DNA from: Octopus sinensis
Lineage: Eukaryota
Direction: 5' to 3'
Assembly: GCF_006345805.1 (NCBI RefSeq)
Contig: NC_043007.1
Span: 73,160,001-73,224,000, forward strand
DNA: 64,000 nt
Shown: piece by piece, positions 22,630 to 33,785 of the stretch
How positions within the stretch are numbered: the first letter of the stretch is position 1
How the letters are laid out: every line of letters starts with the position of its first letter
Translations under genes and position numbers: made by a program
The notes under the pieces: model-generated
What the model was told of the DNA's origin: nothing
Database searches by the model: none
The model's input: the letters and a program-made list of their open reading frames with translations, nothing else

Positions 22630-23215
22630 TTAATTTCGGCCTGTGTGTTCTTATTGTAGTAGTAAACCATAGAGATATGGTAATGTGCAGAGAAGACAAA
22701 GTGAGTTAGTGAAAGTGTGTGAGTGTGGGAAGTTGGGTCTCATAGCTGCTGACAGTAAATTTCATTTCTCCATTTGACCATTGTCTTTAGTAGCTGCCTT
22801 ACTTGTGATCATGATTCTAGTGTTCTACTCCCTAATTGATGGTAGCTGTCCCTGACTCAAACTGTCATTCATTAATTAACTGATTGAATTGTCACGAACT
22901 AATTAACTAAGTTGTCACCAGGTTACTAACTGATTTTTGTTTGGGGGTTCTTGTTTTTATAACTATCCAGAAAGATAGACATATCGTTAAGAACAATGGA
23001 TTTAGTTGATGGTATTTGTTATCTTAATTCTAGCTTTTGGTGATCTAGGAGGGGTTAGAAAGGTCAAGTGGTGAAGACATCATTTCGGCCTAGCTAAGGC
23101 ATCCGGAAAATGTAAAACTGCTGTCACTGAAAAATCATTGTTCCACCGTGAGAAACGTTCTGTTGAACTATTACTTGAAATTTGGGTATGGTGGATCAAA
23201 TAAACTTCATGCCTG
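22630..23215 (-). mobile_element. Degenerate retroelement fragment, second copy at 42740-43010 (+); possibly Penelope-like
   Basis: Reverse complement of 22950-23110 aligns to 42820-42995; decayed hammerhead-like GGCCGAAATT at ~22634-22643. Confidence 0.45.
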
Positions 23216-23224
23216 TAAGATCCA

Positions 23225-23243
23225 CCACACACACACGCATGCA

Positions 23244-23275
<32 letters not shown>

Positions 23276-23440
23276 GATGCATATATATGCATATGTACAT
23301 ATATATGCATATATATGTATATATGCATATATATATATATACATACATATGCATATATATACATACACATATATATGCATATATATATACATATATATGC
23401 ATATATATGTATATATATATGCATATATATATATATATAT
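23225..23440. repeat. (CA)n/(TA)n/(ATATGC)n microsatellite
   Basis: Direct reading. Confidence 0.9.
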
Positions 23441-23675
23441 ACATGTAAAAAGCACCAATCTAATCATGGCCATTGCCAGCCTCGCCTGGCACGTAAAAAG
23501 CACCCACTACACTCATGGAGTGGTTGGCATTAGGAAGGGCATCCAGCTATAGAAACACTGCCAGATCAGACTGGAGCCTGGTGCAGCCTCCTGGCTTCCC
23601 AAATCTCGGTCGAACCATCCAGCCCATGCTAGCATGGAAAACGGACATTAAACGACGACGATGATGATGATGATT
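23440..23675 (+). mobile_element. RTE-tailed SINE
   Basis: GGCACGTAAAAAGCACCCACTACAC...GGAAGGGCATCCAGC...GCTAGCATGGAAAACGGACATTAAAC(GAT)n. Confidence 0.9.
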
Positions 23676-24247
23676 TGTATATATATGTATATATGTGTGT
23701 ATATATATGGCATTTGATGGGATCTTTATAGTCCCAAGAGTGCATTGTGCTGTCTACTTTGGCATGATGTCTATGGCTGGATGTCCTCCCTAATGCCAAC
23801 CACTTTACAGTGTGTACTGAGTTCTTTTCTCATGCCACCAGCTCTAGTGAGGTCACTGTGTAGCTCATAAGTTTACCAAATCTGAGGTGGTTGCAGTGGT
23901 GGGGGTGTCTTTATGCTTGGTGGGTATTAAGATATGAGCAAAAGGGTTGGAGTAGTGCTGGTTCTTGTTGTAGGGGAGCTCCATGAGAACCAGTGTTATC
24001 TGTGAGTAGATAACCAGTATGATGTGGTGTCCAGGTGGCTCTTCAAGGTACGAGGTGAGTAGTAGTGAATGGAGACAGATGTGTGTGTTATTGTTTTGAT
24101 ATTGTATGATAGTTGTAAATGAGTGTCATTCATTTCCAATATTCTGCAAAACCATGTTTAGAAACAGGTAAGGATTGGTGACAGGAAGAGCATCCAACTG
24201 TAGAAAATCTGCCTCAATAAACTCTGATCAACCCATGCAAGCACAGA

Positions 24248-24445
24248 TAATCATCATCATCATCATCGTTTAATGTCCGCTTTACATGCTAGCATGGGTT
24301 GGATGATTTTGACTGAAGGTTGGCGAACCAGATGGCTGCACCAGGCTCCAATCTTAATTTGGTAGAGTTTCTACTGCTGGATGCCCTTCCTAATGCCAAC
24401 CACTCCAAGAGTGTAGTGGGTGCTTTTTACGTGCCACTAGCACAG
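24248..24445 (-). mobile_element. RTE-tailed SINE
   Basis: (CAT)n tail then CATGCTAGCATGGGTTGG...GGATGCCCTTCCTAATGCCAACC. Confidence 0.85.
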
Positions 24446-24470
24446 GACAGCAACGATGATGATAATGGTG

Positions 24471-24511
<41 letters not shown>

Positions 24512-24675
24512 CAGGCAAATTCTGCTGAGGTCGACTGCTTTTCATCTTTGAAACACTGGGGTTGATGCAATCAACTAGTCCCCTCCCACAAAATTTGAGG
24601 CCTTGTGCTTCCTGTTGAAAGGATTATTATTATTATAATTATTATTATTAGGCAAATTCCGCTGAGGTCGACTTT

Positions 24676-27427
24676 AAATAATGAAATTATTGTATACAGT
24701 GCTCAGGTGCACCACAACTTGTCAGAGTATATGCAGTAATGTACAAATGTCTGGAAAGCGAACAATGCATGAGTCAGATACATGCTTGTATGTGTATGGA
24801 GGGGAGAAAATCAGGTGTAGTGTTGGCGAATCTCAGAAAGCATGGAAGTTTTGAAGGATGCAGTGCTCCGACAACAAACAACCGATGCCGGCAGTTTGTT
24901 CCATGCTTCAGCAACTCTCAACATGAAAAAATGTTTCCTGAAGTCATGGGAGCTGTGCTGTTTTCTGACTTTGTAAATATGTCCACGGGTGTTAGATGGG
25001 TGGAGTTTGAAAAGGTGCTCAGAATTATTGTTTGTACGATGGTTGATAATTTTATGGGTGTCTGCCAAGTCAGCTGCCAGACGTCAGAGTTTCAATGTGT
25101 CCATGCTCAGGGAAGTAAGGCGTTCAGGATATGGCAAATGCCTGATGGAGGGTATTCTTTTGGTTGCACGTCGCTGAACGGCTTCCAGACGATTGATATC
25201 CTGGGCAAGATAGGGGTTCCAGACGATTGATATCCTGGGCAAGATAGGGGTTCCAGACCGGTGATGCAAATTCCAGGTGAGGTCTTACCATAGCTGTATA
25301 AAGCTGCAGATAGATAGTCGGAGAGCGGCTCACATAGGATTTGGTGAGTGATGCCAAGACAACCTCAGCCTTCTTGACAATTTTAGCGATGTGTTTTGTC
25401 CAACGCAAATCACTGTCGATAACACCCAAGTCACTTTCACATGAAGACTTTTTGAGACTAGTGTTGTGGAGGGAGTAGGTGAACGCTGGGTTTCTCCTCC
25501 CAAAATGCATGGTGGTACATTTGTCCACAGCCAGCTTGAGTTGCCAGTCCATGATCCACTGCTGCATTGTGTCCAGGTCTGCTTGCAATAGAGATCTATA
25601 GTGTACAGGATCTGACCTCTTTATTTTGAGGTATAGCTTGATGTCACCTCCATATTTCAGCACTGTGGCATTCTTTAAGTTGGCATCTATGTCATTAACA
25701 TATGCAACAAATAAAAGGGGGCCAAGAACACATCCCTGAGGTACACCAGATGTCATCTCATAGGGCGAAGAGTGCTGTCCTAGAACTGTGACAACCTCTT
25801 TTCGACCGAAAATAAAGGACTTCAACCAGTTATAGAGTTTGTCTCTTACGCCCAACGCAGAAAGCTTCACCATAAGTCTTTTGTGTGGCACAGAGTTAAA
25901 AACCTTAGCAAAGTCCAGGTAAACAACATCCACCCAGGATCCGCGATCAGTGATTTAGGTAACGTCCTCAAGAAACTCGATGAGTTGATTACAGCAGCTG
26001 GAGTTAGGAATAAATCCGACTTTCAGAAGTTCCAGAGGGTTTCTCTGATACAGGATTCCATCAGTTTGGTGATGCAGCTAGTAAGACTAATGGGGTGATA
26101 GTTGACAGGCGATGTGCGGTCGCCTTTTTTGAACAGAGGGATAACACTGGCAGTCTTCCACTGTTCTGGAGTAACACCATTGTCAAGACAGAATTGGAAG
26201 AATAGATAAAGTTGGCTTAGAAGAAAGTACCCACCGCGTTTGAGAAGTAGGTATGTAACACCATCGAGAACAGGAGAGGCATAGTTGTGTTTATTCTTAA
26301 GGTGGCGTTGTAGCAATGCTGGTGTAAATTGCATAGTAGATATAGAGTCTGATGTCAGTGGTGATGAAGATGGAACATTTTGGCCTTCGACAGTAAAGAT
26401 GCCGGCATAGCATCCAGCAATGATTTCTGCACATTCTTCAGGATTGCCAGTAATCTGTCCTGTGTGGGGATTGCGAAGGGGACCAACTGGAGAGTGGGGT
26501 CTCTGCTTTGAGTGCACATACTTCCAGAACACTTTGCTGTCAGGGTTAGCTGCAATGCGTTGTTCAAATTCAAGCACTGCCTTTTCTGTCCCCTGCTTGA
26601 GGTGGTTGGCTGACCTATTGCGCTTTTTCCTGTTGCTCTCTGATTTGTGCAATTTGTATTCCTGTTCAGCATTACGGTGTTCTTTCCTGGCAAGTTGGAC
26701 TGCATGCTGTCTCCTAAATTGCACTATTGGGGGGGTTTTTGTGCTTGCGTGGTACTGATGCTGCACATGCCGCTCATATTGAACTCAGAATGTTCTGGAG
26801 TATAGTGTCCACATCTCCAGAGGCATAAAATTCGAGCCAGTTTGGGCGTTGCAGTTTAGTACAATAAGAGCTCCAGTCTGCTTTATTCCAATCAAAGCGG
26901 GCAGTCTGAAGATGGTTGTGTTTTTTGTTACAACCAATCAGAGACAAGTCAGCCATGATCATGGAATGATCAGAGTCACCTAAAGGTTCTTCAGTAGTGA
27001 CACAAGTGATTGTTTCAGGAGAAGTGGTAAGTAGCAGATCCAAAGTGTTGTTACCCCTTGTCGGGGAGGTAACAACTTGGGACCAATTTGAATTCAGCAC
27101 CAGTTCAAGGAAATCGTCTGCACTTTGCGGCCAACGGAAGGCCTCCCAGTCAATCTCAGGGAAATTGAAGTCGCCTGCAATATACACATACGCGGCTGTT
27201 TTCATGGCAGCAGTTCTGAGAATATCAAAAAGCTGTGCGTCTTGACGATAATTGGGGGACGGTAAACGACTCCGAGCAGAAGTGTTGACATGGTCATGTG
27301 TATATTGCAGAAAAATACTTCCTGCTGAGATTGGTTCAAATCATCACAGGGAATTGCTGATAGATTTGATCGAACATAAATCATCACACCCCCTCCATGG
27401 CGATTAATGCGGTCTTTGCGGAACATC
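24676..27427 (-). mobile_element. CR1 LINE, 5'-truncated ORF2 (APE endonuclease + RT), inserted in a tRNA-SINE
   Basis: RKDRINRHGGGVMIYV, GVVYRPP, AGDFNFPEIDW, PTRGNNTLDL, LGDSDH; KTASVIPLFKKGD, YHPISLTS, YLDFAKVFNSVPH, GVPQGCVLGPLLF; RGH..K..FF..RV..AWNKLP; SINE GAGGTCGACTTT|GCCTTTCATCC split with CTTT duplicated. Confidence 0.95.
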
Positions 27428-27550
27428 CTTTGCCTTTCATCCTTTCTGGGTTGGTAAAATAGGTACCAGTTGAATACTGGGGGTCAATGTAATTGACTCA
27501 TCCCCACCTCCCCCAAGCTGCCCTCGTGAGAAAAATTTGAAACAATAATT
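27428..27550 (+). mobile_element. 3' half of tRNA-SINE disrupted by CR1 (5' piece at ~24650-24675)
   Basis: CTTTGCCTTTCATCCTTTCTGGGTTGGTAAAATAGGTACCAG continues the SINE core. Confidence 0.85.
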
Positions 27551-27633
27551 ATTATTAGGTATAACACTTGTCTGCTGTTTTTCATGGTCTTCATTAAAAT
27601 TTCCCTTGTTTTTCTTCTTTTCTTTAACAACAG

Positions 27634-27661
27634 AGTTTTGGTTGTAATTTCTCCAATAGAA
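27634..27661 (+). CDS. IL17R: IL-17 receptor-like, exon 2 (28-bp microexon)
   Basis: Long pyrimidine tract + CAG acceptor, SFGCNFSNR, donor GTAAGT; phase 0 to 1 bridges exons 1 and 3. Confidence 0.75.
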
Positions 27662-27824
27662 GTAAGTAGAACATCTTTGACAGTTTCTTTATTTTATTTT
27701 ATTAAACATTCATTTTATTTTCTTTAAAAATATATTTGCATCTAATATCTTAAATAATTTGCATAATAATCTTCTGTACACACATCTATGTACACACATA
27801 CACGCACACACACACGCACACTCT

Positions 27825-27855
<31 letters not shown>

Positions 27856-27894
27856 ATGAATGTTTATTAGTTCCAGTTTGAGCCCTGATCAAAT

Positions 27895-28092
27895 AAACGG
27901 TTCGACCGGGTCTGGGAAGCCAGGAGGCTGCACCAGGCTCCAGTCTGATCTGGCAGAGTTTCTACAGCTGGATGCCCTTCCTAATGCCAACCACTCCATG
28001 AGTGTAGTGGGTGCTTTTTACGTGCCACTGGCACAGTGCCAGGTGAGGTTGGCAACGGCCACGATCCTCGTCTGGCACCTGTACCGGTGGCA
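27895..28092 (-). mobile_element. RTE-tailed SINE with inverted 5' end
   Basis: SINE body as 8410 copy; GTGCCACTGGCACAGTGCCAGGTGAGG ... CCTCGTCTGGCACCTGTACCGGTGGCAC inverted pair. Confidence 0.8.
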
Positions 28093-28143
28093 CATAATTA
28101 TATATATATCATCATCATCATCATCATCATGATATATATATAA

Positions 28144-28175
<32 letters not shown>

Positions 28176-28214
28176 ATGTATATATATATATATATATATA
28201 TATGTATTTATATA

Positions 28215-29220
28215 TATATATATAAAAACTGTACTGGGAGAAGAAGAAGAAACGAAACGGAACGAATCGAATTGACGCGAAGGCACTCAGTCATACAATA
28301 GTGTAATAAATAAAATATATGCATACATACATACATATATGTACGTACCTACATCTACATGTATATATACGTGAGTACAGGACACCACAAATAGACGCAG
28401 AACTCAATGAGAACGAAAACGTAAAAACAAGCATGGAACGAACCTCTTTTTTACAAAGAAAAAACAGAGTACTAGACAAACTACACAAGGAAAAATCCCC
28501 TTCATCAGCTGTCGCTAGTTCAACTCCAGTGTGTTTCGAAGGTGAGGACAGAACACGACTCGTCGAACTAGCCCTTCCTGCGAAGAAATTAAAGGAAATT
28601 ACTTCGCAGAGGGGTAAAAACAAGGAAAGAACAAAATGTGACACAAACAGGATGTAAAAACGATACAAATAAAATTACAAAATAAAATACAAAATAAAAT
28701 ACAAAATAAATACAAAATAAAAATACAATTACAAAAAAATACAATACAAGAAATAAAAACACACAAGAAAACAACCAAAGAGGGCCTTTTTTGCCTAGAC
28801 GAGGAGAGATTCAAGGAGCACAAGAAAACCGTGTGTTTACAGTTAGAAGGCCGCATGCAAAAAGGAAGTATGTGGCCGGCTGTGAGAGAGATGAGGAGGA
28901 GTGAGAGAGAGAGAAAGGGAGAGAAGGGAAGGTTAAGCAAAGAGGTATAGGGTTTCATGTCATAATTATATATAAAAACTGTACTGGGAGAAGAAGAAGA
29001 AACGAAACGGAACGAATCGAATCGAATCGACGCGAAGGCGCTCAGTCATACAATAGTGTAATAAATAAAATATATGCATACATACATACATATATGTACG
29101 TACCTACATCTACATGTATATATACATGCATATATAAATATATATACGTGAGTACAGGACACCACAAATAGACGCAGAACTCAATGAGAACGAAAACGTA
29201 AAAACAAGCATGGAACGAAT
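28215..29220 (-). mobile_element. Penelope-like element terminal region, 1.3 copies head-to-tail
   Basis: 28215-28442 repeated at 28968-29220 (period ~750 bp); contains hammerhead core motifs and T-rich (TATTT)n stretch on minus strand. Confidence 0.7.
28497..28572 (-). ncRNA. Candidate pseudoknotted hammerhead ribozyme
   Basis: Minus strand GCUAGUUCGAC-GAGUC-GUGU-U-CUGUC-CUCA-CCUUC-GAAACAC-ACUGGA-GUUGAACUAGC-GACAG-CUGAUGA-AGGGG; all core nucleotides and stems I, II, III plus an 11-bp outer helix. Confidence 0.55.
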
Positions 29221-29246
29221 GTATATATATATATGTATGTATATGT

Positions 29247-29287
<41 letters not shown>

Positions 29288-29344
29288 TATATATATATAT
29301 TTGATTTATATATATATATATATTTATATATATATGTTTACCCT

Positions 29345-29600
29345 TTTACTTGTTTCAGTCATTTGACTGTGGCCATGCTGGAGCATTGCCTTTAGTAGAG
29401 CAAATTGATCCCAGAACTTATTCTTTGTAAGCCTAGTACTTATTCTATCGGTCTCTTTTGCTGAACCGCTAAGTTACGGGGACGTAAACACCTGCATCGG
29501 TTGTCAAGCGATGTTGGGGGGACAGACACACAAACATATACACACACATATATATACATATATACGATGGGCTTCTTTCAGTTTCCATCTACCAAATCCA
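29345..29600 (-). mobile_element. Partial CORE-type SINE
   Basis: TTTTACTTGTTTCAGTCATTTGACTGTGGCCATGCTGGAGC...CTTTCAGTTTCCATCTACCAAATCC. Confidence 0.85.
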
Positions 29601-29653
29601 CTCTATCTATCTACCTACCTGCCTACCTACCTGTCTACCTACCTACCTACCTG

Positions 29654-29747
<94 letters not shown>

Positions 29748-29753
29748 ATATAC

Positions 29754-29812
<59 letters not shown>

Positions 29813-29830
29813 ATACATATATATACATAT
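29600..29830. repeat. (CTAC)n/(CT)n/(TA)n microsatellite
   Basis: Direct reading. Confidence 0.9.
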
Positions 29831-30252
29831 GACAAGAAATAATTTTTGCCTCTTTTTATGGAGACAAAAGGGTTTATATGACTGCAAAAAAGAAGTGCTC
29901 AAATGAAATTTAGACAGAAATCAAAAAAACACATTGATTAGAGCACAAACATCAAACTCACCACACTTCCATACATTTCATCATGTAGAAACATTACCAT
30001 GGCCTTCAATATATAAAAGAAAATATATATGCAAATAAAAATGCATATATATAGAATGGCCTTGACTAAAAATAAGCAACCCAAATGAATTATTAAAGAG
30101 TGCCAGGTGACTAAAAACCTAATTAGAAATATCAATCGAGTAAAAAAAAATTTTTTTTTCTACCCTCAAAAATCTGTCAAAAAGGTTCATTGACTCGAAT
30201 TTAATGTTTGTTCTCTAATCAATGTTTTTTTTTATCTCTCTCTCTTTCTCTT

Positions 30253-30293
<41 letters not shown>

Positions 30294-30387
30294 TAGAGTG
30301 AAAAAATAGAAAGTCCTTTGTATAGTGTTATATTTTTAAAAAGAAATACAAATAGCAATGATTTTTTTGCTAAGTTTTCCACTTTAA

Positions 30388-30609
30388 CCCTTTCGTTACT
30401 ATATTTATTTTGAGATGCTCTGTGTTCCTTTCAATTATTTTAAATATAACAAAGAATTTAGTAAAATAACTTAGTTTACCATTAAACAAGTGTTAGGAAC
30501 ATAAATTGCGACTAAGGTTTGGTGGTATATTTTAATGCAAAACTTATGGAAACAAGACATTTGTACTACAGAGCCAGAGCCGGCTTTGGCCGGGTTGGTA
30601 ATGAAAGGG
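30388..30609. mobile_element. piggyBac-family MITE (222 bp)
   Basis: TTAA (30384-87) + CCCTTTCGTTAC ... GTAATGAAAGGG + TTAA (30610-13). Confidence 0.9.
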
Positions 30610-30616
30610 TTAATAA

Positions 30617-31397
30617 CACTGGTTTACAGAGAAATTGAGGCAAACATAAAAATAGTTGTTTTAGCCTAATTTTCTCTGAGTTTTGTTAAACTCAAGGAGG
30701 GCATCTTCATCAGACCTCAGATCTGAGAGTTGCTGACGGATAAGGACTTTGAGCAGCTTCTTACCTTAAAGGAACTGAGAGCACAAGAAGCATTTAACTT
30801 AGTTTGCCATGGTTTCCTTGGTAACACATAAGTACTAGATTACCAAGAGTGTCTCGAGAAGTTGTTACAGTCCTATGATGACATAGGATGTCAAATGTCG
30901 CTCAAAATTCACTTTTTCCACTCCCATCCCAACTTCTTTCCTCCGAAGCTCGGAGCAGTGGGGGAAGAGCATGGAGAAATGTTCCACCAAGATATTACTG
31001 AGATGGAGAGTAACTACCATGGCAAATGGAACCCCAGCATGACGGGGGACTTTTGGTGGATGCTCTTGCATGTCATCACTGAGGCAAAGTACACACAATC
31101 AGCCAAAAAACTCTGCTAGACTATGATATGTGTGTTTTGTATTATCCAAGTAATTTAGTTCTGTATCTATGCCGTTTTTTTTTTCCTGTAATATGCTTTT
31201 GTAACAGTTGAAATAAACACATTATATTTTGAATTTATATGCAGTATAATTAAAATGGGATATATAAAGCAAAAAAAAAAAAAAATAGAGGTGATATAGC
31301 AAAACTGTTCAGAAAACTGAATTCACTACATCAAAATTAGTGAAAAATACCTATTCACATCGTTACCTCAGAGCAAAAAAAAAATTTGTAAACCAGT
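30617..31397 (+). mobile_element. Chapaev3-like (CMC) DNA transposon deletion derivative
   Basis: TAA + CACTGGTTTACA ... TGTAAACCAGTG + TAA; KLKEGIF..QI, GCQMSLKIHFFHSH..FFP..LGAV.EEHGE.FHQDI..ME..Y.GKW transposase C-terminus. Confidence 0.8.
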
Positions 31398-31716
31398 GTA
31401 ATTAGATGTTTATGAGTTATTAGGTGTTTACAAAAGATGACTTTGATATGATTTTCTTACTTATAGGCAATTTTCAAACCAATATTCTAGAGTTTTTTAT
31501 TCACTGTTTAAATAGAGTGTGTTTAATTACAAACATACACACATACATGTGTATATGTTTGTAAGTGAGAAACAGAGCTAACAGAGTCTGTAAACACCTT
31601 ATAGCTTATAAACATCTAATTATTCAAGTGTAAAAATTATCAGAAAAGCCATTTCTATTCATTTTTTTAATATATATAGCTAAAATAGAAATAATACATA
31701 TAATTTTATATTTTAG

Positions 31717-31845
31717 CTTGTTCCGCCAACAATGAAAGTATTTCATCAGACAATACCAATGAAATGCCAGCTAGACCAGAAAACCTACAAACAAAGTTCT
31801 TTGATAATAAAAACATAACATTTACCTGGAATGCAGACCCTTCAA
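31717..31845 (+). CDS. IL17R: IL-17 receptor-like, exon 3 (start of FN3-like domain)
   Basis: TTTTAG acceptor; (T)CSANNESISSDNTNEMPARPENLQTKFFDNKNITFTWNADPS; GTACAT donor; phase 1-1. Confidence 0.75.
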
Positions 31846-32865
31846 GTACATATATTCTTTTATTTTTATATCTAGAATTTTTATATCTTGAATTTTGTTA
31901 CATGCATGTGTAAAATCTGCTTTGTTTATTTATTAAAGGATAATTTTAAAAATAGAAATGATAATTAGTTGACCTTCCATAATAGATAGACAAGCTAATT
32001 AATTGGCAGATCTTGTTTGGAAGATAATTGAAATTGTAGCAGAGTGAAGGTAACTGAATTACATCCCTTCAATGATATAGGCCACCAGGTGAGGTGACAG
32101 CCGATACCTATATATTCCAACGTTTGGCGCTTTCTCCCTCTTTTTTGCCAATTTGGTACACACAAGGAACACTATCTCACTTGTGCCTAGTTCCACGAAC
32201 CATGTGCGTTTAGTGTCAATCTTATGATATCTGCCTAAACTGATTTCTTATCGTTGCTATAATGATGCCTGCTACAAATTTATTACGGTAAGTGCCATCC
32301 AGGAACTGGATATATTTTCTACTGCACACACATTTCTGTTACTTTCACAATCTTCTCTAGTGTCTAAGCTGCTCATTCAGAGACCCAAGACATGAGGACA
32401 TTTGATTTCTTACAACATGTAAAAGTTGTGATCACACCATCCTTTCTAATAAATTTTAATTGTTATGGTAAAACAATCTTCATTTTTTTCTACACATCCA
32501 ACACGCTAAAAAATGTTGATTATTTAAAGGTCTCTCTAATATATTTATTGTTAGCTCCATAGTAAAGACATTATAAACAATGCAATTTTTATGTTGAATT
32601 TTCAGCTCAGAATAATGAGTAGTTTCCTACAGAAACTCAGTACATCCAACCCTTAAGTACTGTACCCATATACAGGATAATCCACTTTTAAATATATGTG
32701 TCGAGTAGGTTACATTCAGTAGAGAGCCATATTCCTTTACTGAAAATTAACATTGTATTGTACTTTGTATCTGTTACCTCTAAACTTGTAACAAATATAA
32801 CTTTCTTTTGAATCTGTTCTATTTGCTGTTTTTTATGACTCACATTATTCCACTTTTGAAATTAC

Positions 32866-33286
32866 GGATCTTTTCGGTTTGAATGGCAGTTTTTTCTAGC
32901 GGTGTCATATGAAATTGTCACCCATAATTATGACCCTAGTATCGATCTATTGCATTTCAATCTGTTTTAGGGTTAGGGTTAGGGTTAGAGGTGGGGGGAA
33001 GGGTATCTTTTTCTCTTTGCAAATGTAAATAAACCCAATCTGTTTCTTAAATGAGGACATATTCATACGGCACAGAATGTTTTTTACCTCAATGGATGTC
33101 ATTGATTGGTCAAAATTGCAGAAATTGAAGAAAAAAACAACAAATATCTTACAAACTATAAAATTTTCTCAATAAAGCCAAGAGAAAAAGATGTTTTATA
33201 AACACATTCTACCAGTATACGAAGTTTAAAATTTTTTAGTTACCTAGAAATTATGTTAAAAACTGCCGTTCAAACCGAAAAGATCC
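32866..33286. mobile_element. Merlin-like MITE with internal (TTAGGG)3
   Basis: TIR GGATCTTTTCGGTTTGAATGGCAGTTTTT / AAAAACTGCCGTTCAAACCGAAAAGATCC; 8-bp TSD GAAATTAC/AAAATTAC. Confidence 0.85.
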
Positions 33287-33564
33287 AAAATTACACACCA
33301 AAGATGTCTACTTTTCACTTTAATAACAACCAGTTTGGAACTTCTTTCTTTAAATCTTCCACTTGTTCATGGTGCCAAATTTATTCCTTACATTCAAGTC
33401 TTAAAACATTAGGGTTTATATTATAAGAAATAGATTTTTAAATGTTGAAGAATATGTTTACTTTGCATGGAAAGAATTGCTGGATCCTTAAATATTTTTT
33501 CGTATGGTTTATAAGTCTAAATATTTTTTTATCATCATTGATCATTCAATATCATTGTTTTTGT

Positions 33565-33785
33565 AAAGTGGTGAGCTGGCAGAAATATGAGCATGCTGGG
33601 CGAAATGTTTAGTGGTATTTCGCCTGTCTTTACGTTCTGAGTTGAAATTCTGCTGAGGTAGAATTTGCCTTTCATCCTTTTGGGGGCGATAAATTAGGTA
33701 CCCGCCGTGTACTCGGGTAAATCTAATTGACCGGCTCCCTCCCGCAAAATTTCAGGTCTTGTGCCCAGAGTAGAAAAGAATATCA
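33565..33785 (+). mobile_element. tRNA-derived SINE monomer
   Basis: GGTGAGCTGGCAGAAA head, TTTCATCCTTTTGGGGGCGATAAATTAGGTACC core, AGAGTAGAAAAGAATAT tail. Confidence 0.85.

Noticed and set aside
23080-23110. Hammerhead at GCCTTAGCTAGGCCGAAA (minus)
   Set aside because: Stem II and GAAA present but CUGANGA missing and segment aligns to a non-ribozyme part of the 42820 repeat copy
31500-31566. Alternative first exon ending at strong GTAAGT donor
   Set aside because: No in-frame ATG or signal peptide; 18462 exon plus 27634 microexon already fit phases
32606-32750. Extra IL17R exon
   Set aside because: Stops in all three frames after the acceptor
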